From a virus: 41,092 bases of DNA. The notes under the pieces are model-generated. The model saw only the letters and a program-made list of their open reading frames with translations, searched no databases and was not told the origin of the DNA. Numbering within the stretch: the first letter of the stretch is position 1; every line of letters starts with the position of its first letter. Made by a program: the position numbers and the translations under genes. The stretch lies in IMG/VR virus record IMGVR_UViG_3300012322_000001, one strand, 5' to 3'. Below, piece after piece: positions 14,109 through 21,317 of this stretch.

Positions 14109-14479
14109 TCGGCCATACCCCCCTGCTGAGGATGCGCCGCGACGGCGTGCTGCCCTACGACGTGGTCCACGTCATCGACGGTGACAGCGAGTTCGCAATC
14201 GAGCTTGCCCAGCAATGGCACCGCATCCCGAGCTCGGCAAGCGGCCTGCTCACACCACATGTGGTCGTCGGGCAGGAAGACAGCCCTGAACGCCTGGACG
14301 TGCGGTTCTGCCGTCAGCTGGGCGTGGTACTGGAAGCCAACCGAGGGCAAGAGCGCGCACAGCGTTTGTTCAAAGCAATCCGGGCAGTTGAGCCAGCCAT
14401 TCTGTGCTGCGCCATGCCCGACGAAATCTGGTTTTACACGAAGGAGCAAGGCGGCAATGGCAAACGTATTCACGCCTGA
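14105..14479 (+). CDS. Hypothetical protein, about 124 aa (GTG start overlapping the upstream stop)
   Basis: Track ORF 14018-14479. The first 29 codons overlap the preceding gene. GTGA coupling at 14105-14108. It lies between the initiator and the helicase. Confidence 0.5.
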   Translation: MIGHTPLLRMRRDGVLPYDVVHVIDGDSEFAIELAQQWHRIPSSASGLLTPHVVVGQEDSPERLDVRFCRQLGVVLEANRGQERAQRLFKAIRAVEPAILCCAMPDEIWFYTKEQGGNGKRIHA

Positions 14480-15428
14480 CGACATCGATTTCGCTGCCTA
14501 CGAGCACGAGACCGATGCGCAGCAGAAGGTGCTCCCGGCATCGTCCTGGGTGCAGGAGCTGATCGACCGGATTCGCAACCCGATCCGCGCAAAGCAGGCT
14601 TTCATGCCGTGGCGCAAGACGGCCCAGTTGGTGCAGTTTCGCCCGGGTGAGGTGACGCTGTGGGGCGGGGCAAACGGCAATGGCAAGTCGCTGGTGACGG
14701 GGCAAGTCGCGCTGTCGCTGTGCGGCCAGGGCGAGCGCGTGGCAATCGCCAGCTTCGAGATGAAGCCCATCAAGACGCTGGAGCGCATGGGCCGCCAGTG
14801 GTCTGGCACAAACCCAGCGCACCCAGCCTATGCAGGGAACGACGACGGCCAGCGCATCCTGATCGACACCTACGAGCAGTTCCGCGACTGGACCGACAAC
14901 AAGCTGTGGCTGTACGACCAGCAGGGCACCGTGACGGCCTCCAAAGTCTGCGCCGTGGTCCGCTACGCCGCGGTTGAGCTCAAGGTCACTCACTTCGTCG
15001 TGGACAGCCTGATGAAGTGCGTGCAGGGCGAGGACGACTACAACGGCCAGAAGCTTTTCGTTGACGAGCTCACCGCCATTGCCCGCGACCACGGCATTCA
15101 CATCCATCTGATCCACCACATCAAGAAACCCGCGAGCGAGGACCACAAGCCCAACAAGTACGACATGAAGGGCTCGGGAGCCATCACCGACCAGGTGGAC
15201 AACGTGATCGCCGTGTGGCGCAACAAGCCCAAGGAGCGCAAGCGCGATGAGGGCCTGCTGACCGAGGAAGCCGACGTGAAAGAGCCCGACTGCCTGCTCA
15301 TCTGCGACAAGCAGCGCAATGGCGAGTGGGAAGGCTCAATTGGCCTCTGGTTCGAGCGCGACAGCCAGCAGTTCGTCGCATCCCATGGCGAAGAGCCTCT
15401 TGTGCTCTACACGCCCGACATGCAGTAA
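14457..15428 (+). CDS. DnaB-C / RecA-fold replicative helicase-type ATPase, 323 aa
   Basis: Track ORF 14181-15428 trimmed to MANVFTPDD, with AAGGAG 10 nt upstream. Walker A is GGANGNGKS, Walker B is HFVVDSLM, and there is an IHLIHHIKK segment. Confidence 0.8.
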   Translation: MANVFTPDDIDFAAYEHETDAQQKVLPASSWVQELIDRIRNPIRAKQAFMPWRKTAQLVQFRPGEVTLWGGANGNGKSLVTGQVALSLCGQGERVAIASFEMKPIKTLERMGRQWSGTNPAHPAYAGNDDGQRILIDTYEQFRDWTDNKLWLYDQQGTVTASKVCAVVRYAAVELKVTHFVVDSLMKCVQGEDDYNGQKLFVDELTAIARDHGIHIHLIHHIKKPASEDHKPNKYDMKGSGAITDQVDNVIAVWRNKPKERKRDEGLLTEEADVKEPDCLLICDKQRNGEWEGSIGLWFERDSQQFVASHGEEPLVLYTPDMQ

Positions 15429-15456
15429 CTCAACCGATCAACAAAGGAGTGGGGCA

Positions 15457-15705
15457 ATGAGCAAGACAGAGACACAGAGCGAGTCGCTGAGGCTGGCGGA
15501 GATGCTGGAGAAGGGGCCGCGCCGCCAAGGGGATGTGCGGATCGCCGCCGTGCTGCGCGGCCTGGACGCAGAGAACAAGGCCCTGCGCTCTGCCATCGGT
15601 GACGCGTGCGAGGGATGGAATATGCACCCGGATTTGAGGAAGCTCCTTGAGGCGGCGCTTTGGGCCAAGCCTGAGGCAGCAGCCAAGATCGGAGGCGCAG
15701 CATGA
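15457..15705 (+). CDS. Hypothetical protein, 82 aa
   Basis: Track ORF 15319-15705 trimmed to MSKTETQSE, with AAGGAG upstream. Confidence 0.6.
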   Translation: MSKTETQSESLRLAEMLEKGPRRQGDVRIAAVLRGLDAENKALRSAIGDACEGWNMHPDLRKLLEAALWAKPEAAAKIGGAA

Positions 15706-15881
15706 GCATCACCATCTCTTGGTGGCATATCCCAGCCTGCATCACCGTCACATGGCTGGTAGTTCTGTTTTGGCCCCAGCGGAGCGCATGGGACACGATC
15801 GCACATGGCTTTGTTGTAGTGGTTGCGCTGATCCCGGTTTTGCTCGTTTGGATCGCTTCACTGCTGTGGAGGCTGGCATGA
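15702..15881 (+). CDS. Small two-helix membrane protein, 59 aa (MSITISWWHIPACITVTWLVVLFW...)
   Basis: Hand-translated. ATGA overlaps at both ends (15702-15705 and 15878-15881). Below the track cutoff. Confidence 0.5.
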   Translation: MSITISWWHIPACITVTWLVVLFWPQRSAWDTIAHGFVVVVALIPVLLVWIASLLWRLA

Positions 15882-16246
15882 GCACCGAACGCGAAATGCT
15901 GGAGGCGGCGGCACGGGCCATTGGCATCACGATCACCTGGGACCACGGCCAGGAATTCCCCGAGCGAGTGGAGCTGTTCCGTGGGCACTTTGAAAACTAC
16001 GAGCCCTGGAGCCCCAGGCTCTACAGCTCTGACGCATTCGAGCTTGCCGCCGCGCTGCGCATCAGCGTGGAGCACAACCACGCCGAAGAAACACGTCCTT
16101 GGGTCTGCGCGACGATTGACGGAGGACCACTGAGGATGAAAAAGGCCTTTGTCGAAGACGTGCCCGACGAATCCCAGCGCGCAGACCGCATGCGGCTCGC
16201 CATCCTGCGCTGTGCCGCTGCTCAGGCGCCGAAGGAGCAAGCATGA
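15878..16246 (+). CDS. Hypothetical protein, 122 aa (NinX/DUF2591-like pattern)
   Basis: Track ORF 15647-16246 trimmed to MSTEREMLEAAARAIGI...EPWSPRLYSSDAFELAAALRISV. Confidence 0.65.
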   Translation: MSTEREMLEAAARAIGITITWDHGQEFPERVELFRGHFENYEPWSPRLYSSDAFELAAALRISVEHNHAEETRPWVCATIDGGPLRMKKAFVEDVPDESQRADRMRLAILRCAAAQAPKEQA

Positions 16247-16491
16247 CCCCGACCGGAACCGAAGCCCAGGTCTGCGAAGACATCGCGCGACGCCAGCAGT
16301 TCGGCCTGCACAAGTACGGCACTACGGTGGCCCAGAACCCGCTGGAGCTGCGCCAGTGGCTCAAGCATGCATACGAAGAGGCCCTGGGCCAAGCTATCTA
16401 CCTGCGCCGCGCCATGGCCGAAATCGACACCATCCTGGCGCGCGACGAGCTGGCCGACATGGTGCGGGCGGGGAAGGGGGCTCAGGCATGA
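16243..16491 (+). CDS. Hypothetical protein, 82 aa
   Basis: Track ORF. ATGA coupling at both ends. Confidence 0.65.
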   Translation: MTPTGTEAQVCEDIARRQQFGLHKYGTTVAQNPLELRQWLKHAYEEALGQAIYLRRAMAEIDTILARDELADMVRAGKGAQA

Positions 16492-16763
16492 GCGCACCTA
16501 TCGAAACAGTGACCCTGGTCGAAATCCTGCCCACCAAGATCTGGGTGGAGAGCGACATTTTCGGTTCGCGCCATGTGATGGTCCAGCACCAGGGCATGAA
16601 GGCCTTCAGGTACGCCAGCTTCTTCTATGGCTACGGCTACACCAGCAATGGCGGGACTTTGGCCGCTGCCGAGGCCGTTGCGCTATCTCTGGGGGCAACG
16701 CAGCCCATCGACCACCGCCAGGTGCTCGCGCCTTCTTTCGCCAAGGAGGATCGCAATGACTGA
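16488..16763 (+). CDS. Hypothetical protein, 91 aa
   Basis: Track ORF 16149-16763 trimmed to MSAPIETVTL. ATGA overlap at 16488-16491. Confidence 0.6.
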   Translation: MSAPIETVTLVEILPTKIWVESDIFGSRHVMVQHQGMKAFRYASFFYGYGYTSNGGTLAAAEAVALSLGATQPIDHRQVLAPSFAKEDRND

Positions 16764-17175
16764 CCGTCTCGAACTGGAGCTGCACAACCGCGCCCAGGCC
16801 TGGAGCCTGATCCAGTCGCAGCTGTACCCGTTCCTGCGGGATGCGCTGCAGGGCGGCGGCCGGTGGGTGCTGACCATTGGCCGCCGCAAGCGCACGAAGG
16901 CGCAGAACCGCCGTTACTGGGGCGGTGGAGTCCTGGCCCAGATCGCGCAGCAGGCCACCACAGCAGATGGCCGGATGCACAGCGCCGAGAACTGGCATGA
17001 AGCATTCAAGCAAATGTTCATCGGGGTCGAGGAGCTGCCCAACGGCAACGTGATCGGCAAAAGCAGCGCCGACCTGAGCACGGCCGAGTTCTCCGAGTTC
17101 TGCACCCGGGTGGAGGCCTACGCAGCGTCCGAGCTGGGGGTGACGTTCTATGACCTGTGGGAGGAAAAGCGATGA
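16756..17175 (+). CDS. ninB: NinB/Orf-family recombination mediator, 139 aa
   Basis: RTKAQNRRYWGG...AENWHEAFKQMF...GKSSADLSTAEFSEFCTRVEAYAASELGV parallels lambda NinB (RSLDQNRKLWA...ESWK..F...GQSTSRMRVGEFAELLELIQAFGTERGV). Confidence 0.75.
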   Translation: MTDRLELELHNRAQAWSLIQSQLYPFLRDALQGGGRWVLTIGRRKRTKAQNRRYWGGGVLAQIAQQATTADGRMHSAENWHEAFKQMFIGVEELPNGNVIGKSSADLSTAEFSEFCTRVEAYAASELGVTFYDLWEEKR

Positions 17176-17408
17176 GCGACTATCTGGAACCCATCACAAG
17201 CCTGGTTGAGCTGAATGATGATGAATGCCTGGCTGGCTATCACGCTGGCCTCGGGTTCATTGAAGTTGACCACACGCAGAAGAGCCGCAGCTACTGGCAC
17301 GGCTACAGCAACGGCCGAGCAGATCGCCGGCTGGAGCCCATCAGCCCCGCTGCGCATGCGATCGCGCGCCAGATGGTGGCTGAACGCCGGGCGAAAGGGA
17401 TGCATTGA
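17172..17408 (+). CDS. Hypothetical protein, 78 aa
   Basis: Track ORF 17157-17408 trimmed to MSDYLEP. ATGA overlap with the ninB stop. Confidence 0.6.
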   Translation: MSDYLEPITSLVELNDDECLAGYHAGLGFIEVDHTQKSRSYWHGYSNGRADRRLEPISPAAHAIARQMVAERRAKGMH

Positions 17409-17992
17409 TGACCTTCCGTCGCACACGCTGTGCCCACTGTCGCACCAAGCTCACGCCCGAGCGCCCCAGCCAGATCGTCCATGCCGAATGCGCAGAGCCA
17501 TACGCCATCGCCAAGCGCGAGAAGGAGGAGCGAGCCCAGGCCAAGGCAGCGCGCATGGCCGCCCGGGTAGCGAAGGCTGAGATTCGCCGGCGCAAGGAGG
17601 CCGCCAAGCCACGCGCCAAGTGGCTTTCCGAGTGCCAGGACATCATCAACAAGATCGTCCGTCTGCGCGACAAGCACTTGGGCTGCTGCTCATGTGACCG
17701 CGGCCCCGAATGGGATGGCCAGTGGCACGCATCGCACCTGCGTTCCGTGGGCGCCGCGTCAGCAGTCCGGTTCCATCTCTGGAACATCCACAAGGGCTGC
17801 TCCATATGCAACAAGCACCTGAGCGGCAACCTGGCTGAGTACCTGCCGCGCATCCGCGCCCGCATCGGCGATGACAAGGTGGACTGGCTCTACACCCAGA
17901 ACCAGCTCGTCAAGCACGACGTCGAGTACCTCAAGAAATTCAAGCGAGTGATGGGCAAACGCCTGCGCCGCATCGAAAAACGCTGCAACTGA
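17408..17992 (+). CDS. ninG: NinG/Rap-family recombination endonuclease, 194 aa
   Basis: CAHC...C, then KWLSECQDIINKIVRLRD...CCSC....QWHASH..S.G....RF.LWN.HKGCSICNKHLSGN..EY is the NinG pattern. The ATG at 17408 overlaps the upstream TGA. Confidence 0.8.
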   Translation: MTFRRTRCAHCRTKLTPERPSQIVHAECAEPYAIAKREKEERAQAKAARMAARVAKAEIRRRKEAAKPRAKWLSECQDIINKIVRLRDKHLGCCSCDRGPEWDGQWHASHLRSVGAASAVRFHLWNIHKGCSICNKHLSGNLAEYLPRIRARIGDDKVDWLYTQNQLVKHDVEYLKKFKRVMGKRLRRIEKRCN

Positions 17993-18005
17993 AGAAGGAG
18001 CCCAC

Positions 18006-18398
18006 ATGCTGATGAAAGCATACGTTGACTACAACCTCATCAAAGCCGAGCACGAAGAGATCCACGTCAGGCTCCAGAACTGGGCGCGGTGGGTCCGCGG
18101 AGGCAATACCGCCCTATCGCACCCCATGTGGCGCTTCTTCAAAGAGAAGGAGGCCAGTGAGTCCGTCCCGCTGGATCACATCCCAATCAACAGCCTGGAT
18201 GCCCACGCGCTAGAAAAGCTCGTCGTTGATCTCCCAGAGAAGCAGCGCCACGCAGTCCGCTGGTGGTACGTCTACGCCAACAACCCCAGGAAAGCGGCCA
18301 AGCTTTTGGGCGTCACGATGGACGCGCTGAACGAACTGGTGCATGACGCCAGAACGATGCTGAAAAACCGCGCAAAGCCAGTTGCAATTCGCAAATGA
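18006..18398 (+). CDS. Q-like late-gene regulator (putative antiterminator), 130 aa
   Basis: LQNWARWVRGG...DAHALEKLVVDLPEKQRHAVRWWYVYANNPRKAAKLLGV resembles the phage antitermination-Q layout (LERWGAW...DDDA...YY). It is the last gene of the early-right operon. Confidence 0.55.
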   Translation: MLMKAYVDYNLIKAEHEEIHVRLQNWARWVRGGNTALSHPMWRFFKEKEASESVPLDHIPINSLDAHALEKLVVDLPEKQRHAVRWWYVYANNPRKAAKLLGVTMDALNELVHDARTMLKNRAKPVAIRK

Positions 18399-18475
18399 TT
18401 CTGGTAACGTGGCAGCCATCGTTAGCAACAGCACTAGAACGTCCCGGTTTGCGCCGGGATAGGTGCGAGCAACAC

Positions 18476-18507
18476 AAAGCCCTGACCAGAAATGGCCGGG
18501 GCTTTTT
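18476..18507. terminator. Hairpin terminator between the convergent Q-like gene and the reverse cassette (T5 on the plus strand; weaker T-rich tail on the minus strand)
   Basis: AAAGCCC-TGACCA-GAAA-TGGCCG-GGGCTTT followed by TTTTT on the plus strand. On the minus strand it is followed by GTGTT. Confidence 0.7.
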
Positions 18508-18571
18508 CATTTCCGCAGGGCGGCACTAACCCCTCAAGCCCTCCTCCTCCGAGTGCTTAGCCCTGCACCCA

Positions 18572-18751
18572 TCAAGCAACAGCAAGCCCAGCATCAATAG
18601 CTGCGCATGCCAGAGCAAGCCACCGGGGCAAGACCTCGGCGGACGAGAGATAGCGCGCGTAGGTCGCTCGGCTCATGCCAAGCGCCTCCGCTGCAGTGTT
18701 GTATGTGTAGCTATGGCGAGATTGCCAGGCGCGTAGGTCAGTAGTGTTCAT
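18572..18751 (-). CDS. Mini-HTH regulator, 59 aa (Aca-like or antitoxin-like), third gene of the reverse cassette
   Basis: Hand translation: MNTTDLRAWQSRHSYTYNTAAEALGMSRATYARYLSSAEVLPRWLALACAAIDAGLAVA. ATGA overlap with the upstream gene at 18748-18751. Below the track cutoff. Confidence 0.6.
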   Translation of the reverse strand: MNTTDLRAWQSRHSYTYNTAAEALGMSRATYARYLSSAEVLPRWLALACAAIDAGLAVA

Positions 18752-19104
18752 CGTGGTTTTGCTCTTGGGGCTGACATGAATGCTCCGCGACGTTTCCAGT
18801 CGCCCGCATTGTGTGTTGTTGGAAGCCCTTGCCGCACAACCCAGTCGTGGAAGGACTCGGCTATTTCAGCAACACGGTTTCGTTCAGAAGCTCTGATGTA
18901 ATCGCCAGACTTGAGCTTCTCTGCAACGACCAGGCAGAAGTCCTGCTCATGTGCTGGAGGAGCGCGCACTGTAACAACCTGCTGGATGGGCTGCTCCAGC
19001 CGCGTCTGAGGTTGAGAGAGGCGCATCTCAAGTTCTGCAGCGACATCGCGCATGAGCTTGAGTAGGCCCGGCGTGGAGATTTCGGGGAGTTTGATGATCT
19101 GCAT
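18748..19104 (-). CDS. Hypothetical protein, 118 aa, second gene of the reverse cassette
   Basis: Track ORF 18748-19398 trimmed to MQIIKLPEIS, starting 1 nt after the upstream stop. No recognisable motif. Confidence 0.65.
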   Translation of the reverse strand: MQIIKLPEISTPGLLKLMRDVAAELEMRLSQPQTRLEQPIQQVVTVRAPPAHEQDFCLVVAEKLKSGDYIRASERNRVAEIAESFHDWVVRQGLPTTHNAGDWKRRGAFMSAPRAKPR

Positions 19105-19105
19105 G

Positions 19106-19402
19106 TCAGTCGTACTTGTAGACATCTTCATCTTCGGGTGTAGTCGAGGGCAGATCGCTCGAATGGTGCAGCTTGCCATCTGAGTCCAGATAGAACTTGC
19201 CGTCGTACCAGCCTGTGTAATCGTCAGCATCCCATTTCTTGCGTTGCTCTTCGAGCGTGCTGGAGTATTCAACGATCTTGGCATCTGGATGAACCAGAGC
19301 AAGCCAGGAGCGATTCCTCTCGAACTCTGCTTCAGCGTCTGCACGGGTGTAGAGGTATCCGCTGAACACGACGCCATTGCCACGGACAAAGATTGCAAAC
19401 AT
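19106..19402 (-). CDS. Hypothetical protein, 98 aa (acidic C-terminal tail), first gene of the reverse cassette
   Basis: Track ORF 19106-19429 trimmed to MFAIFVRGNG, with AAGGGG 6 nt upstream. No recognisable motif. The gene is lower in GC than the flanks. Confidence 0.65.
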   Translation of the reverse strand: MFAIFVRGNGVVFSGYLYTRADAEAEFERNRSWLALVHPDAKIVEYSSTLEEQRKKWDADDYTGWYDGKFYLDSDGKLHHSSDLPSTTPEDEDVYKYD

Positions 19403-19446
19403 TTCGATCCCCTTGGTTGTGGCGTTCAACGTGTCGCCATGGGTTT

Positions 19447-19475
19447 AATGTAGTCTCAATATGAGACTGCGTCAA
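19447..19475 (-). promoter_or_regulatory. Putative promoter of the reverse cassette with an embedded palindromic operator
   Basis: On the minus strand, TTGACG (19470-19475), 17 nt, TACATT (19447-19452). The spacer holds the inverted repeat AGTCTCA-ATA-TGAGACT (19452-19468). Confidence 0.55.
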
Positions 19476-19497
19476 CAGGTTGAAGAGAAATATTTCT

Positions 19498-19824
19498 ATG
19501 AGCGACGAACCGAAAAATACGGGACGGTTCGCCAAAGGAAACCCCGGGAAGCCAAAGGGCGCGACGAACAAGGTGACGCGCGAATTCAAGGCCACTGTGC
19601 AGAAGCTTCTTGAGGACAACGAGGCGAATGTCGGGAAGTGGCTGAGACAAGTTGCCGAGGGTGAAGGCGATGTGAAGCCGGACCCTGCAAAGGCCCTTGA
19701 CCTTCTTGCCAAGCTCGCCGAGTACGCAGCTCCAAAGCTGAACCGCACAGAGCACGCTGGCGACGGTGGCGGCCCAGTGAAGTTCCAACAGGTCCGCCGG
19801 ACCATCGTAGACCCAACCAAATGA
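19498..19824 (+). CDS. terS: Terminase small subunit (putative), 108 aa
   Basis: Track ORF 19480-19824 trimmed to the ATG at 19498 (MSDEPKNTGRFAKGNPGKPKG). A small basic protein directly upstream of, and overlapping, the large terminase. Confidence 0.6.
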   Translation: MSDEPKNTGRFAKGNPGKPKGATNKVTREFKATVQKLLEDNEANVGKWLRQVAEGEGDVKPDPAKALDLLAKLAEYAAPKLNRTEHAGDGGGPVKFQQVRRTIVDPTK

Positions 19825-21116
19825 GCACACTGGACTTGCAGACGGCGCGCGTGTTCGTGCCGCTGCTTGAGCCTGCGCGCGACAAAGCTGCATGGGGTGG
19901 GCGAGGCAGTGGCAAGAGCCATTTCTTCGCTGAGTTGCTCATTGAGGACAGTCTTGCAGAGCCAGGCGAGTCTGGTGAAGGTTTGCGCTCTGTATGCATC
20001 CGAGAGGTGCAGAAGGATCTGGCTCAGTCCTCGAAGCTGCTGATCGAAACGAAGCTCAACCGCTTGGGACTGAGTGAAGCAGACGGCTTCAAGGTGTTCA
20101 AGGACGTGATCCAGACGCCTGGCGACGGTCTGATCATCTTCAAGGGCATGAACGACTACACGGCCGACAGCATCAAGTCGCTGGAAGGCTTCAAGCGTTC
20201 ATGGTGGGAAGAGGCGCACGGCGCAACGAAGACGAGCATCAATCTGCTGCGACCAACGATGCGCGCGACAGGCTCGCAGATGTGGTGGTCATGGAACCCG
20301 CGCCGCAAGTCCGATGCTGTGGACGTGATGTTCCGTGGTGGCGAGAAGCCTGCCAAGGCCATCGTGGTCAAGGCCAATTGGCGCGACAACCCATGGCTGA
20401 CACAAGAGCTTGAAGACGAGCGCATTGACTGCCTGCGCATGCAACCGGAGCAGTACGACCACATCTGGGAAGGTGGATACGCGACGTTGAATGAAGGCGC
20501 GTACTTCGCAAAACACATCGCAGAGGCAAGGCAGCAGAACCGCATCGGGCGTGTGGCTGCTGATCCGCTGATGACGTTGCGTGCATTCGTGGACATTGGC
20601 GGCACAGGCGCCAGGGCTGATGCCTTTGCCATGTGGATCGCTCAGTTCGTTGGCAAAGAGATTCGAGTGCTCGACTACTACGAGCAAGTGGGCCAGCCGC
20701 TCTCATCGCACTTGAACTGGATGCGAGAGCACAGCTACGACAAGGCCCAGATCTGGCTGCCACACGATGGCGCCACTCAAGACAAAGTGCACGACGTTTC
20801 CTATGAGTCCGCGCTCAGGCAAGCGGGCTACACGGTCACGGTCGTGCCGAACCAGGGTAAGGGCGCTGCCAAGGCTCGCATTGAAGCAGGCCGGCGCCTG
20901 TTCGGATCGATGTGGTTCAACGAGGCCACGACTCAGCCCGGGCTTGAGGCGCTGGGCTGGTATCACGAGAAGCGAGACGAGCAGCGCGGCATCGGCCTAG
21001 GCCCAGAACACGACTGGTCGAGCCACGGTGCTGATGCATTTGGCTTGATGGCAGTCGCATACGAAGAGCCTGTGACCCGCAAGAAGCTGGTCTACAAAAA
21101 CATGGGATACGCATAA
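19821..21116 (+). CDS. terL: Terminase large subunit, 431 aa
   Basis: Walker A-like WGGRGSGKSH, followed by a nuclease-type C-terminal half (FVDIGGTG...D..A). Size and position are typical. Confidence 0.9.
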   Translation: MSTLDLQTARVFVPLLEPARDKAAWGGRGSGKSHFFAELLIEDSLAEPGESGEGLRSVCIREVQKDLAQSSKLLIETKLNRLGLSEADGFKVFKDVIQTPGDGLIIFKGMNDYTADSIKSLEGFKRSWWEEAHGATKTSINLLRPTMRATGSQMWWSWNPRRKSDAVDVMFRGGEKPAKAIVVKANWRDNPWLTQELEDERIDCLRMQPEQYDHIWEGGYATLNEGAYFAKHIAEARQQNRIGRVAADPLMTLRAFVDIGGTGARADAFAMWIAQFVGKEIRVLDYYEQVGQPLSSHLNWMREHSYDKAQIWLPHDGATQDKVHDVSYESALRQAGYTVTVVPNQGKGAAKARIEAGRRLFGSMWFNEATTQPGLEALGWYHEKRDEQRGIGLGPEHDWSSHGADAFGLMAVAYEEPVTRKKLVYKNMGYA

Positions 21117-21317
21117 ATGGATGAAGCAGTAGCCGCCCACGTCTACGTTGGCAACTTCGGCACCTACGCAATCCCCTCTGGCGTGTATGCAGAGGCTGTG
21201 GCCCTGAGTGGCGCGCAGCTGAGCGACCAGCGGACCAAAGGTGCGCGCCTGCTCAAGCAGTGGGGCCGAGATCGTGATGCGCAAGAAGGCCGTCTGCACA
21301 AGACTGGAAGCCAATAA
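21117..21317 (+). CDS. Hypothetical protein, 66 aa, between terL and portal
   Basis: Track ORF that exactly fills the space between the terL stop and the portal ATG. Confidence 0.45.
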   Translation: MDEAVAAHVYVGNFGTYAIPSGVYAEAVALSGAQLSDQRTKGARLLKQWGRDRDAQEGRLHKTGSQ

